Positions 10,167 to 22,900 of a stretch of DNA of 64,000 nucleotides are shown here, in pieces; within the stretch, counting starts at the first letter, position 1; every line of letters starts with the position of its first letter. Origin of the DNA: a virus. The position numbers and the translations under genes are program-made. The stretch lies in IMG/VR virus record IMGVR_UViG_3300027747_002638; one strand, written 5' to 3'. The notes below the pieces were generated by a model, which did no database searches, was not told where the DNA came from, and was given only the letters and a program-made list of their open reading frames with translations.

Positions 10167-11023
10167 GGTAAAGCTAATCCTTTGGCTATGGTATCTTTTG
10201 CTATAGAATATGTACTGCTCCAGTCGCTATCTATATTTGGTGCAAATAAAAATATTGCAGAATAAGTTGTATTAATATTATTATTAGCTGAATAACTCGT
10301 TCCATCGAATCTTCCAGGTGCATACATTTTATTTTTAACAGCATATCTTGGTCCATAAGCAGATGGAGAAACAAGATTAGTTGAAATTATTCCATTACCT
10401 CTTCTGTATCTGCCAAAATTTTCTTCAAGACTCCAAGATACATTTATGCCTTGAAAAGTTTTACTATTTGTACCATAACTAAGATCCGCGCTTGTACCAA
10501 CTATATTATTCGCGTTAACAAAATAATTATAATTAGCCATATAAATTCTAATTGTAGTTGTTGTTCTATAAGTTATACAAACGCTATCATAGAAATAATT
10601 AGCATTATTTTGAAACATTAAAATTGGAAACCCTAAATTACTAGTAACATTTGATAATCCTGCTCCAATATATCCAAAACTAAAATTATCTAAAATAGCA
10701 GGAGTATCTAAACTCAAATAAGAAGAGCTCGCCGCAGATGGAATATCATAACCAGCATTAATACCATTTGAAGTTTGAACTGGACCATTTACAAGAGTAC
10801 AAAGATTATTACCATCTTTAAAAGGATATCTTATAGCTCCAGAACTTGCATTTTGATTATCTCTTAAAAACCAAATCTCTCGTAATCTTCCATATACTCC
10901 AATATCTTTTAAGCCTCTTATAAATTGATCAACAGAATAAATATCAGTTGGAGTTTTTACTCCATTGTAATTTAATCTTTTTACATATTTTTTTGTATCG
11001 TTGTCTAGTTGATAAGATTTCAT
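10163..11023 (-). CDS. Tandem lectin-like paralogue 4 of 5
   Basis: Same conserved termini (…AKGLALP), variable centre. Confidence 0.65.
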   Translation of the reverse strand: MKSYQLDNDTKKYVKRLNYNGVKTPTDIYSVDQFIRGLKDIGVYGRLREIWFLRDNQNASSGAIRYPFKDGNNLCTLVNGPVQTSNGINAGYDIPSAASSSYLSLDTPAILDNFSFGYIGAGLSNVTSNLGFPILMFQNNANYFYDSVCITYRTTTTIRIYMANYNYFVNANNIVGTSADLSYGTNSKTFQGINVSWSLEENFGRYRRGNGIISTNLVSPSAYGPRYAVKNKMYAPGRFDGTSYSANNNINTTYSAIFLFAPNIDSDWSSTYSIAKDTIAKGLALP

Positions 11024-11808
11024 GCTAGTCCGAGTCCTTTGCCAATTGTAGCTTTATATAGACTATAGTAATTCAAATATTTTGAAGTAATGCTTTCATT
11101 GAATATTATAATAGAAGATGTTGTTGGAATTGGATTAGATCCATCTCCAAATGCATATGAGTATGTAAAATCTTGAAGGGTAGTTCCATCTTTGTCCCAA
11201 TTAAAATTTGCATTTGTTGTTGCGGTTTTATATGTTGTGCCATAATAACCTTCTAAAGTATTTGATGATACTAAAGATAAAAGAGTGCTTTTAAAATCTC
11301 TAGAATTATTTTGACTTCCAAGATTAAGTTGTGCTCCATCGCTGTCTCTATATGCAAGAAATTCTCTATTTCCTCCTGGAGCATAAAAAAATCTATTATT
11401 TCCACCATAAGATATTTCGTTTCCAAAAGTAAATCCTGAACTAGAATAATTATTATTTTGAGTATTATCTATTAAATGGCAACTAAATGGACTAGTTTTA
11501 AATTTATATGCAGACATTGTTATTTTTGATCCATTAACTCCAAAAAATAAACCATTAAATGTCCAAACTGCACTGGTTATAACTGCATTATAAATATTAT
11601 TTTTAAAAGCATAAACTGTAGATCCAGTTCCAACGTTTTGGCTACTTCTTAATAACCACATTTCTTCAACAGAAGAATATAAGCTTAAATCTTTTAATCC
11701 AACAATAAAATCATTAACAGAATAAATATCTGATGGAGTTTTAATTCCGTTTATATTCATTCTTTTTAAATAGGCCTTTGTGTCTCTGTCTAGTTTATAA
11801 TATTTCAT
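11020..11808 (-). CDS. Tandem lectin-like paralogue 3 of 5
   Basis: Same conserved termini (…GKGLGLA). Confidence 0.65.
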   Translation of the reverse strand: MKYYKLDRDTKAYLKRMNINGIKTPSDIYSVNDFIVGLKDLSLYSSVEEMWLLRSSQNVGTGSTVYAFKNNIYNAVITSAVWTFNGLFFGVNGSKITMSAYKFKTSPFSCHLIDNTQNNNYSSSGFTFGNEISYGGNNRFFYAPGGNREFLAYRDSDGAQLNLGSQNNSRDFKSTLLSLVSSNTLEGYYGTTYKTATTNANFNWDKDGTTLQDFTYSYAFGDGSNPIPTTSSIIIFNESITSKYLNYYSLYKATIGKGLGLA

Positions 11809-12569
11809 GGTAAGTTTAATCCTTTGCCAAGAGTAGATTTATATAAAGAATAAACAGATGATGTATCTGAATCTGAAAGAGCTAAATTAAAAAGTATACT
11901 TGTAGATATTGTTCCTTTAAAAAAACGATTTGTTCCAGCTGAATTTGCGCCAATTGTAACATTAGCATTTCCTTGGGTTAAAATACCAGTAGTCCCTGGC
12001 GAGTTTGATTCATTATTTCTTGTAAATTTAAATATAGATGAACTTGCTCTTAAGCATAGCATTTTATAAGTAGTTGTAACTGCAGGACCAGTATAATTTC
12101 TAAGTGTTGGATTCCATACATACGCCTGATTATATCCACCTAGCTCTCCAAAAATATCCCATTCTCTATTTGATCCTTCGTCATCTTTTGCAAGCTCTAT
12201 CATAATATTACTAAAAATATCTTTTGCTGAGATTGAAAATGCTGAAAATTCAGAAAGTCCAGTCGTAAATCTAGTTGTAATATAGTCATCTATACCATCA
12301 AAATTAATACCATTTGCAGTCCAAATAGGTCCATTTGTTAGTATTCCATTATAAATTCCTAATCCACCAAAAGAATATGCTGTAGTTCCAGCTCCAGCGT
12401 TTTGATTTGATCTTAATGGCCAACAAATCATGTTTCCCCATAAATTTAAAATTTTTAATCCTTTTGCAAAATCACTAACGCTATTAATGTCAGTTGGACA
12501 TTTATATCCAGCGTCGATTATGCGTTTTGCATAATTTTTAACATCAATATCAAGATCGTAAAATCTCAT
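11805..12569 (-). CDS. Tandem lectin-like paralogue 2 of 5 (LamG/ConA-like)
   Basis: FDGIDDYI, TIGA…FFKGTI…FNLALSD LamG-type motifs. Confidence 0.7.
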   Translation of the reverse strand: MRFYDLDIDVKNYAKRIIDAGYKCPTDINSVSDFAKGLKILNLWGNMICWPLRSNQNAGAGTTAYSFGGLGIYNGILTNGPIWTANGINFDGIDDYITTRFTTGLSEFSAFSISAKDIFSNIMIELAKDDEGSNREWDIFGELGGYNQAYVWNPTLRNYTGPAVTTTYKMLCLRASSSIFKFTRNNESNSPGTTGILTQGNANVTIGANSAGTNRFFKGTISTSILFNLALSDSDTSSVYSLYKSTLGKGLNLP

Positions 12570-13342
12570 GGCAAATCTAAACCCCTTCCTATTGTATTTT
12601 TCATTATAGAATAAAAAGTATCAATCTGTGCTGATGAAAAAGCTCTATCTGAAATTAATCCAAAAGATGTCGTGCTTAATCCAACTGAAATTTGACTTGG
12701 ATCCCATCCACCAAAAAATATTAAAGATGAAGGCGCAAAACTCATTGATATATTTGATGTTGTTGCTGTTAAATTATTAGCTTTAAAAAGTAAAGTATTA
12801 GTATCATAACTTGCAGCAAGTTGATTAAAATTAGCTGTAATATTTGTACTTCCAAAACTATCATTTATTGATCCATTATAAGCGTCTAATCTAACTTTAT
12901 CTACTGCAACGTCAACTCTTAAAGCGAATCTTACTGCTGAAATAGTTCCATAAGATATAACTTCATGATTTGCCGAGGCTTTTTTTGAAACTCCAATTAT
13001 ACTTCTATTAACTCTTCCTCCTGTAGAAACTAGTGGAACAGAAAGATATTGTGTAGATACATTTTTTATAATTCCAGTATTATCCCAAACCATAGAAGCA
13101 GAAGACATTGTGGCGTTATATCTATCATTTTTAAGAGCATATACAGTTGTTCCAGTTCCAATATTATGGTCTTTTCTCATTAACCAAACATCTAAAATAT
13201 CAATCCAAAGATTATTAATCTTTAATTTTTTTATAAAATCACTAACACTACCTATATCAGACGGTATTCTTCCGCCAGCTTTTACGATTCTGTTTGCGTA
13301 AGCTTTTGCATCAACATCAATATCATAGTATCTTTTATACAT
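12566..13342 (-). CDS. Tandem lectin-like paralogue 1 of 5
   Basis: Start moved to the ATG at 13342 (TAATG overlap); same conserved termini (…GRGLDLP). Confidence 0.65.
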   Translation of the reverse strand: MYKRYYDIDVDAKAYANRIVKAGGRIPSDIGSVSDFIKKLKINNLWIDILDVWLMRKDHNIGTGTTVYALKNDRYNATMSSASMVWDNTGIIKNVSTQYLSVPLVSTGGRVNRSIIGVSKKASANHEVISYGTISAVRFALRVDVAVDKVRLDAYNGSINDSFGSTNITANFNQLAASYDTNTLLFKANNLTATTSNISMSFAPSSLIFFGGWDPSQISVGLSTTSFGLISDRAFSSAQIDTFYSIMKNTIGRGLDLP

Positions 13343-14205
13343 TAAACTAGTTCCCAAGAAATATATTTAATATTAACATTAGGATATTGAGCCACACTAA
13401 CTGGACCATTATACTTTGGGGTAAAATCAAGGAAGTTTCCGCCGTTATTATCAAATTCAGTATTTCCACCTTTTAATATAAGATTAAAACTACTACCAGT
13501 TATAACAGATCCAGTTACATTAAAACTAACGCCAGTTGTTACTGTTGCTCCTGCACCAAATTTAAGATAAATATTTCCTGTGCCATAGTTAGTAATGCCC
13601 CAAGCGAGTCTAGAGTTATTGCCACTTAGTATTGTACCAACTCCAGTTTGAATAGAATAATTACTAGCATAACCACCAACTGGAGGAAATGCTGTGACAC
13701 TATCAATATCTTTATCAAGATCTGCTTGAAGTGTTATTGCGCCACCACCTTGAGAATCAATATTTAATACTGCATTTGCATTTCTGCCGTATTGAGGAAA
13801 AAATCCAGAAGCAACATCAACTGCTCGTCCTCCAACTGCTCCAAATTCAACTGGAACTTGTGCTGAATATAGTCCAGTACTTGTGCCAGATCCAGTAATA
13901 TATCCAGTTAAATATCCAGAACAAAAATCATATTCTTCTGCTGGAACATCATAGAATATTTGTAGTTTGTCATTATTAGACATTGAGGTTGTATTATAAC
14001 CTAATAAAAATCCACTAGTTGAATTAACTGCTCCAGTAGCTGTTGAATCTGCGAAATTGTATATTATTTGTCCTCTTGTTACATTTGTAATTAATAATAA
14101 ACTCTCAAGATTTACTGGATTTTGAGGTCCATAAAGAGATGGTGGAAAATTAACAATTCTGCTACTAGCTAAAAATTGATATCCTGAAGGTATTAGTTTT
14201 TTCAT
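13342..14205 (-). CDS. Virion structural/fibre-associated protein
   Basis: LLLITNVTRGQIIYNFAD motif common in phage structural proteins. Confidence 0.55.
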   Translation of the reverse strand: MKKLIPSGYQFLASSRIVNFPPSLYGPQNPVNLESLLLITNVTRGQIIYNFADSTATGAVNSTSGFLLGYNTTSMSNNDKLQIFYDVPAEEYDFCSGYLTGYITGSGTSTGLYSAQVPVEFGAVGGRAVDVASGFFPQYGRNANAVLNIDSQGGGAITLQADLDKDIDSVTAFPPVGGYASNYSIQTGVGTILSGNNSRLAWGITNYGTGNIYLKFGAGATVTTGVSFNVTGSVITGSSFNLILKGGNTEFDNNGGNFLDFTPKYNGPVSVAQYPNVNIKYISWELV

Positions 14206-14234
14206 ATATATTTAAGTATATTACACCTTTTATA

Positions 14235-14744
14235 TTATAGTGCTATAGCATATGCTAATGCTAATTTTTTTGAGTTCTCTATTTGAGAGTAAAGATCATA
14301 ATTACCACTAATATTAATAGCTCCACTAACAAGTACATTTCCACTAACATATAATTTAGTAGTTCCAGTATTTGGTAACCCACCAAGACCAAGAGAATTT
14401 CCAGTTAATACAAAATCATTTCTATTAAAAGCGCCCATGATAACAGTATTGTCATCAAAAGCTTCTATGATTGGAAGCCCAGCTATATCATTAACGCTAA
14501 AAAGAGATCCAGAAAGATTATCTGTTACAGAAAACAATCTGCCATTAACTCCATCTACAGAGAATCGGTCTATACCAGAAACTCCAGTAGAATAATTAGC
14601 TATATTTAGACCTCCAAAATTATCATAGCCGAATCTTACAGCACTAGCGCCACCTGTGAAATTAGTATTAAAAGTATTTCCACCAGCTATTCCTGTTGAA
14701 AACTCCATTATTCCAGAGCTAGGATTAATAAATATGTTAGGCAT
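14235..14744 (-). CDS. Fibre-associated protein
   Basis: GRLFSVTDNLSGSLFSVNDIAGLP motif; C-terminal ALAYAIAL typical of trimeric fibres. Confidence 0.55.
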   Translation of the reverse strand: MPNIFINPSSGIMEFSTGIAGGNTFNTNFTGGASAVRFGYDNFGGLNIANYSTGVSGIDRFSVDGVNGRLFSVTDNLSGSLFSVNDIAGLPIIEAFDDNTVIMGAFNRNDFVLTGNSLGLGGLPNTGTTKLYVSGNVLVSGAINISGNYDLYSQIENSKKLALAYAIAL

Positions 14745-14759
14745 ATAGGTAAATTACAC

Positions 14760-15446
14760 TTATGTTAATAAGAACCTTCCTTTTAAAGATTTATAGTTCT
14801 GCAAGATTTCTGGTACTGATAATGCTCGGTTATATACGCAAAATCCATTTAACTTACCATAGAAATAACTACTCCCACCATCCCAATTACCACCACCAAT
14901 GACAGTACCTCCATCTCCAAGATTTACCAGATTTGCATCACTTACACTGTTGTTTAATATGCCATTTATAAACATATAAAAAACTCCACCTCTTCTGAAA
15001 ATGACCACATGATACCATGTATTAGGCACAAGCTCAAAGGTACTGGTAAAAGAGCTACCACCATTGTGTTCAAACCCTACTCTCTGATTATCTCCTGCAA
15101 CCATACATATTTTAAATGTATTTAAATACCATCCAGATGATGCTGAGAAAATGGCTGGATAATTTGCATATTGACCAAACGAATTGATCCAAAAAGAAAC
15201 TGAGAAATCACCTGTGCCAAAATTAAGAATGGGTTTAGATTGAAGATATGCATAATTACCGTTGAAGAAGAAGCTACCCATGTTCGAGCTATCAAATACA
15301 GGGCCATCTAATAGTGTAAAATTGTTTTTATTATTAGATGAATCATACCAAACATTTCCGCTTCTGGGATAACTCTTCTTACTAGCTGCATCAAGGCAAA
15401 GAATTAAGCCATCTTGAACTAAATCTGGTCCACCTGATGCGCTCAT
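14760..15446 (-). CDS. LamG/ConA-like lectin domain protein
   Basis: DGLILCLDAA…W.D; FSVSFW; WYHVV; YNRALS..EILQNY. Confidence 0.8.
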   Translation of the reverse strand: MSASGGPDLVQDGLILCLDAASKKSYPRSGNVWYDSSNNKNNFTLLDGPVFDSSNMGSFFFNGNYAYLQSKPILNFGTGDFSVSFWINSFGQYANYPAIFSASSGWYLNTFKICMVAGDNQRVGFEHNGGSSFTSTFELVPNTWYHVVIFRRGGVFYMFINGILNNSVSDANLVNLGDGGTVIGGGNWDGGSSYFYGKLNGFCVYNRALSVPEILQNYKSLKGRFLLT

Positions 15447-16141
15447 AATTTAAATCTTCCTTTTAAAGCATTATAATTTTGAAGAATTTCTGTTTGTAAT
15501 AAGGTTTTTCTATAAAAAGAAAAATTACTTATAGAACCTATCATGCCAGTAGCTGGATCATTTGGCCAACCTGATGCAGCACCTGCTCCTAATATTAAAT
15601 AGAAAGTACTTGAATAACTTGCTTGAGAACCAACAATAGTACTAACTAATATACCATCTATATAAACTCTACGGTTATTTGAACTATCAAAAGTGTGAAC
15701 TATATTATACCATTTGTTATAGATTACATCATTTGAACTTACATAACCTCCACCAGTACCAACACCCCAAAAACATGTAATTCTTAATTTATTGTTTGAG
15801 TCAATATATACTGCTGGTACCCAGCCACCATTTGTTCCATTATTAGGTGCTGTTGTTTGATGTAAAATAACTCCATTAGCTGTAGCTTTAAACCATAAAT
15901 TAATACTAAAAACACTATTATCTTGAGAGTATATATTTAAAGGAGTTGTTATATAATTATTACCTGTAAAATTAAAAACATTATCTGTAAAGCTTGGGCT
16001 ATTTACTAAGTTTCCATTATTGTCATTTCCGCTCAAATCACGCCAAGTATTTCCACTTCCAGAATAGCTTTTTTTATTAGCAGCATCCAAGCACAATACT
16101 AATCCATCAGTAACTATTTTAGGAGAATGATGAAAGCTCAT
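15443..16141 (-). CDS. LamG/ConA-like lectin domain protein
   Basis: DGLVLCLDAANKKSYSGSGNTWRDLSG; WYNIVHTFD; EILQNYNA. Confidence 0.8.
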   Translation of the reverse strand: MSFHHSPKIVTDGLVLCLDAANKKSYSGSGNTWRDLSGNDNNGNLVNSPSFTDNVFNFTGNNYITTPLNIYSQDNSVFSINLWFKATANGVILHQTTAPNNGTNGGWVPAVYIDSNNKLRITCFWGVGTGGGYVSSNDVIYNKWYNIVHTFDSSNNRRVYIDGILVSTIVGSQASYSSTFYLILGAGAASGWPNDPATGMIGSISNFSFYRKTLLQTEILQNYNALKGRFKL

Positions 16142-16974
16142 ATAGATAAAATTGTAACTATGGCTAATCCATCTCCATTTGTGCTTGTGCCATAGAATGT
16201 TGAAGTTGGGGTATTTATTCCTGCTTGAACACTTATGTTTGTTAATGCAGCATCAACATAGCTAGATCCACCTTGGGCTGGCTGGGCATCATCATCACAA
16301 GTAGATCCGCCACCATAATAGCCACCGCCACCGCCACCATTATCTGCACAATAGCCATCAACAGAACCATAGTATGCATCTTGACCTTGATATATAGCAC
16401 TACTAATACACGATCCTGGTATATTATTATTAGAGTATGCATTTCCTGCTGAATATGATCCAGTTTGATAGGAGTTACCACCTCCACCTCCTCCTCCTGC
16501 AACTGCTAATCTTGTATTGTATGAATTTGAATTATAAATTGGATCAACCACAGAGGTTCTAATATCTGTTGCTCCGCCTCCTCCACTGCTAGAACTTCCG
16601 CCAGCTCTGCCTCCTCCATTATATCCTCCGAGCCCAGTGGAACTTTGACCACAATTTGCATCAATATAGTTTGCCTCAGATCTACCTCCTCTGCCTCCAA
16701 CTATCAAATAAATATTTACATATGCTCGAGGATCAAAAGAAACTGATGTATAGCCGCCATAACCACCTAAAGCATTACTATATTGTTTATAACCTCCATT
16801 GGCGCCATAAAGTTCAGTTTTTACAGATTTAGAATTGTTGTATAAAAATTGTTGAATATTAGAGGTAAAAGAAAATAATATAATATCTCCACGAACAAAT
16901 TTAGTAGATGAATTTATATTTGAAGCTAAGAATATCTGTGAAGCTCTACTTCTGTAACCATATATCACAGCCAT
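16138..16974 (-). CDS. Glycine-rich domain virion protein
   Basis: GA.GG…GG.GG…GGGGATDIR…VAGGGGGG…GGGGGGYYGG signature. Confidence 0.75.
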   Translation of the reverse strand: MAVIYGYRSRASQIFLASNINSSTKFVRGDIILFSFTSNIQQFLYNNSKSVKTELYGANGGYKQYSNALGGYGGYTSVSFDPRAYVNIYLIVGGRGGRSEANYIDANCGQSSTGLGGYNGGGRAGGSSSSGGGGATDIRTSVVDPIYNSNSYNTRLAVAGGGGGGGNSYQTGSYSAGNAYSNNNIPGSCISSAIYQGQDAYYGSVDGYCADNGGGGGGYYGGGSTCDDDAQPAQGGSSYVDAALTNISVQAGINTPTSTFYGTSTNGDGLAIVTILSI

Positions 16975-16975
16975 A

Positions 16976-19900
16976 TTAAAACTCCACAGTTAATTTTGGA
17001 ATATCTTTTCGTTCTGCCGTGAAACTCCAATAAAATTCATATTCATTTTTATCAAACCAGCCGCGATTCATACCTACTGTGAAATTATTTTCATTAACAT
17101 CAACTTCTTTAACAAATAAAGCTTTATCATGATTAATGTTTGTGAGTTGTATGTTTACTTTATCTTCATTAACTAATGATGAGATATATTCTGGAAGATA
17201 TACTTTAACTACCTCGGCGCGGATTTTATTTTTATCTGTTAATCTAATTCCGTGATAAGGAGATTCCAAACTTCCATATTGAAGTTTTTTGCCAACTTGA
17301 GTTGGATGGTCTATCAAGAATGATTTAGAAGCCGCAGAAAGGTGACCAGTTATTGTTGTATTACCACTTACTGTAACATTGCCTTGTAATATGCTATTTC
17401 CACTAACATAAAATCTACTTGGCGCAGAAGATATACCACTACCAATACCAAAATTACCATTTGAATCTAATATAAGATTCTTATTATAAGATGATCCATT
17501 GTATCCTTGAAGTATAAAAGATTTTGTGCCACCTCCACCATAAGTAATAGTAAAATCATCATTATCTCTACTGCCAACATTAGAAGAATAAAGATAATTA
17601 GAAAATAAAGCTCCAGCACCTCCATTTTGTGTTGGATTAAAAAATACGCTATTATTACCATTTTGCTCTTTTAATATAAAGCTACTATTATTGGGTGGAT
17701 TTGGATTACTTATTATTACTGCACCAGATGGATTAATATTTATATTATTGCCAGTTAATGTGACATCTCTTAATATACCAGAAGTTGTTCTTTGAGAACC
17801 AATTACAAATTGATTGTTTCTCCATCCAATTAATCCAAATTCACCAGAATTAACTCCAGTTGCGTTATAAGAATAAAAATCACCAGAAGGTAACGTTAAA
17901 TTATTATTGATTGTTAAATTACCATCTATTAGTTCATCTGTTTTAAATATATGAATTGGAGTAGAGGTATTTGAAGAAACACCGATTACATATTTTGCAT
18001 TACTAGACATAGCGACTGTCCATACTCCTGAACTAGGAGTTATTAATTTCCATGTGTTTCCATAATCGCTAGAAAAATAAATTCCACCAGTGCTAACAAA
18101 GTATCCTCCAATTCCAGCAACCATATATTTTCCATTATCTGATATTGCAACGCTAAAATAAGTTGCAGCAGTTGATTTTGCAATAAATGTATTTCCGTAA
18201 TCATTAGAAATATAAACATTTGTTGCAGAGCTGTTTCTACAATATATCACATATTTTCCATCTGCAGATGTTGCAATAGAAGTATAAGAATTGTACGAGC
18301 CACTCTGAATGGTAACCCAAGTATTACCATAATCCGAAGATTTATATATATTACCATTACCGCCAAAATTTTCTGTTGCATATTGATATTTTCCATCACT
18401 ACTCATTGCAACTGAAGTGTAAATTGTAGTCGTACCTTTAGGTATCCAAGTATTGCCATAGTCACTCGAAATATATATTTGAAGACTTTGTGTTCCATAA
18501 GCTCCACCAGTAGCAGTTTGATATTTTCCATCGCTACTCATAGCAACTGCTGTCCAATATCTTACAGAATCTTTTGCTGTCCAAGTATTGCCATAATCAT
18601 TAGATATATAAATATAACCATTATGATGACATGCAGTTTGATATTTACCATCCGCAGATATTGCAACTCCTCGCCATAGTCTAGTAGCATCTGTTATTCT
18701 TGGTGTCCATGTATTACCATGATCATTAGATACATAAACATATCCATTGCTAGGACCATAATCTCCAACTGCAGTAATTTGATATCTTCCATCACTAGAA
18801 ACTGCTGCACTTCTAAAAATTTGATTAGGTGCAGTTGTGCTTTTTCTAACATAATTATTTCCAAAACTAGATTCAACTAATTGAACTGTATTTTGACTTA
18901 ATTTTGTTCTACCTAAGAAATATCCACCTTCGTAGTTTCCTGTATAATTTCCAGTAAATCCAAGACCAGTTATATATCCAGTTATATTTCCAGAGCATTG
19001 ACTTGTTTGTAATAAGTGATCATTTAAACTAGAAGTTCCATTTATATAAAGTCTTCCACTTCTAGGAGATAAAGCAATATTCTCACCAGTAATTATAACA
19101 TCTCGTAGTACGCCAGAATTTGAAGTTTGAGCTCCAATCAAAAGAGCATTTGATCCAGTAGATACTATTCCTAGATTAGGTTGCCAACCAATTAGTGCGA
19201 ATTCGCCGCTATTAGTTCCTGTGCTATTAAATATTCTTAAACTTTGAGGACTTGTACCACTATAAATATCTATACCAGATGTGAATGTTTTTAAACCATT
19301 TATTGTTTGATTGCTGGTTGTATTAACATATAAACTTGGAGTTACATTTACTCCACTAACTTGTAAAACCATTCCATTATTAACATCAACTTTATTATTA
19401 TCAATAACAACACCAACAAATGCATATGGAAATGCACCAATATTTCCACTTCTATATATATTTATTGTTTTATTTATAGAATACGAATTATTTATATCAA
19501 TATTACCAAAAACAGTATTTGTACCAGCATAATTTGGACTAGCTCCAGCGTAAATATTAATTCCACCAGCACTATTATTTGTGCCTGTACCTGCTGTTAG
19601 ATTTATATTTGATGTATTAGCACTAAAAAAAGCACTATTTCCAGCATTTATATTGATTGCTCCACCACCAACAGGAATCGTAGTTCCTCCATGACCAGCT
19701 TGTATATTAATTGCACGATTTAGTTGACTAACTACTTCTCCACTAAAACCAATAATATCTAAACTACTTCCTGATACTCCAGAAATATATTTTGTGCTTA
19801 ATCCAGTATTAAAAGTTTTAAGTCCAGAGATAGTTTGATTTCCTGTTGTAAAAACAATATTGCTGTTTGGAGAATTAATATAACCACTTAAATTATTAAT

Positions 19901-22900
19901 TTTAGTATCAAGAGTAGAGCCTGTGCTTGCAAGGTTAACTGTTGTTGCATACAAAGTTGAAGATCCAGTAAGCACTGGATTTCTATTAACAAAAAGTCCA
20001 CTAGTAAAATTACCACTTCCATAAACTGTAAAATTATTACCAGAAATAACTAGAAAATCACCTTGCGCCGAGTCGCCAAATGTTGTATCATTTATGAAAT
20101 TTTTGGTTCCAGATATTGTTTCATTTCCAGTTTTATGAACAACTTCGGAATTTAAGGCTATATAATCAGTTTTACCACTTGGAATATACAATCGAGTGCC
20201 GATTGGATCTTGAGATTGCACACTATTTAATGTATTTTCGCCTAATGGCCCAGCATTAAACCAAAATCCTACATTTCTAAAATCGCCGTCATAATTATTA
20301 TTAAAATATAATTCATTATCTCCCCATTGTAAAGCATTATTCGCACCATTTGCCGAATCATACATATAAATCTTACTTCCATCTAATTTTAAATCTCCAT
20401 TAACATGTAATTTTTCAGAGGGACTAGTTGTACCAATGCCAACATTTGTATCATACCAGTATAACATACTTTGGCTATTTGCATCAAGTAATTGTCTATT
20501 ATTCCATAAAACAGATTGAACTTGACTACCGTCAGTTAATGTATATTCTTCTGTGCTTAATATATCATTACCACCACCATCTTTTAGGAACACAAAACTT
20601 TCATCAGTACTAAGATAATGGTTTTTTCCTATTCTATTATTAATTCCTGTTAAATTTATATTATCAGTGAAATTTTTATTTCCAGCTATAGTTTGATTTC
20701 CAGTAGTAAAAACAATATTACTAGATGTGGAATTTATATAACCGCTAAGATTATCTATTTTTGTATTTAAAGTCGATCCAGTAGAAGCAAGATTGGTTAT
20801 TGTACCAAATTTAGCATCTGCAACTCCACTATAAGCTACAAGTTGTTGAACTGAAGCTATATCAGGCAAAGGCGAAAGATCGCTATTTCTTGTGCTAATT
20901 CCAAATTTAAATTTATTAGAATGATCAAAACCAATAATTGGACCAGTATCATTTACTCCAGTTAATCCACTTCCAGTAACAAAAAATATTCCACCATCAA
21001 CTGCTCCACCAGTAATATTTAACAATAAATAATTACTTGCAAGATTAACTTGAGAAGTATTAACAATTGTTTCTGTTCCAGTAACATAAAGATTATTAAT
21101 ATAAACATTATCTCTAAAAGTTTTAACTCCACCAATACTTTGATTTCCATAAAGTAATACTGAACTACCACTTAGTGAATCTATTTTATTACTTAAAGTA
21201 GATCCTGTAGTATTTAAATTAGTCGATAAAGTTGATCCAGTACTTGCAAGATTGGTTGCTAATGTACTTCCAGTAGACGCAAGATTAGCTGAAGTAGCAT
21301 AAAGAGCTGGAGTTACTTGTACGCCACTTACTTGTAGTCCCATTCCATTTTGAAAATTAACATTATTATTATCTATTGAAACAGCAAGTCTTTGAGATGG
21401 ACTGCCAAAAAAATCGCCTCTTCTGTATATGTTTATATTTTTTGATGATAACGCTGTTCCAGCATCTGATGTGCCATTAATATTTATATCACCAAACATA
21501 TTAATTTTACCGTTATAAGTTGTAGATACTCCTGCTTCAAGAACAATATTTCCAGCAGTCCCATTCTGATCAATTGAAGGTCTTATAGTTATATCTGCAG
21601 TAGATGGACTAGATATAGTAGTCTTTGCGCCGCCAATAGTAATACTTGCACCAGTTTTTAATATATTTGGTGCAACTCCACTCAAACTACCACCCATTAA
21701 AATGAGATCACTCGCATTAATGTTTGATCCGCCCACGCCTGAACCTGCTATAATATTTAAAGTTGAGCCAAAAATACCAGAAATATACGAAGTACTTAAT
21801 CCATTATTAAAAGTTTTAATTCCAGAAATATTCTGATTGCCAAATGTTAATACTGAAACGCCACTCAGATTATTTATTTTATTATCAAGAGTCGAACCAG
21901 TACTTGCAAGATTTATAATTGTAGCGTAAGTAGAACTAGCGGTAGAAGAAGTAAGATAAGAACTTAAATCTACTCCAGTAATTAATGGATTTCCGCTAAG
22001 TATTGGAGCAACAGCGAAAGTTTTAATTCCAGAAATAGTTTGATCACCTATACTATAAACTACTGGATCATATGAATTAATTAAATTTTTATTAACATTA
22101 TTTCCAATTTTTGATTCTGTGCTTCCGCCAGTTGCATCTATACTAAAATAAAGATTTTTATAAAAAAGATAAGAATAATCTACTCCATTTATAGCATAAC
22201 TATTAGCGTTTGCTGGAACAGAAATTGCTGAACCAACTACTACTGCTGTAGAAGATGGATCTTTTAAAAATATTCCAGTCGAAGGATTCGCTGTATTTGT
22301 TAGCACGCTATTTAATAAAGTTAATCTAGCAGCGTTTTCAACTTGAAAAGCTTTTGCTCCAGTTGTTTCTATTTGAGAGTTACTTATATTTAAAGTACTA
22401 TTATTTCTAACGTAAGCTAAAACACTTGCAGAACTACTAGTCTCAGCAAAAGAAATCGAAGATGTTCCACTTACTATATCAATTGCTGTTGTATTTACTC
22501 CTTCTGGACTAAGTTTTAATATATCTCCTTGCAATCTTGAAGTTGTATTTGTATTATTTGAATATAAACAAGTTCCATTATCTTTTGCTATCAACCAACA
22601 ATCTTGAATAAACAGTCTTTGAGGGTGATTTCCAGAAAATAATATACATTTATTATTTGAAGTGGCCGTTATTCCTAACCCAGCTATTGAAAAATTATTA
22701 TCTGTTGCGGTTCCACCTGTGGCTGCAAAAACTAATGAGCCAGTTATTCTAATTGGATCATTTTTATTTGTATTATTTCCTACTAAATTAATATATCCTT
22801 TATCTATAGTTAAATTTTCAGCTATTGGGCTAAGAAGCGTTATATAAGTTGGATTGTGAAAATATGCAATATTTTTTGCTGCATTGTAAGCGCCACTTAA

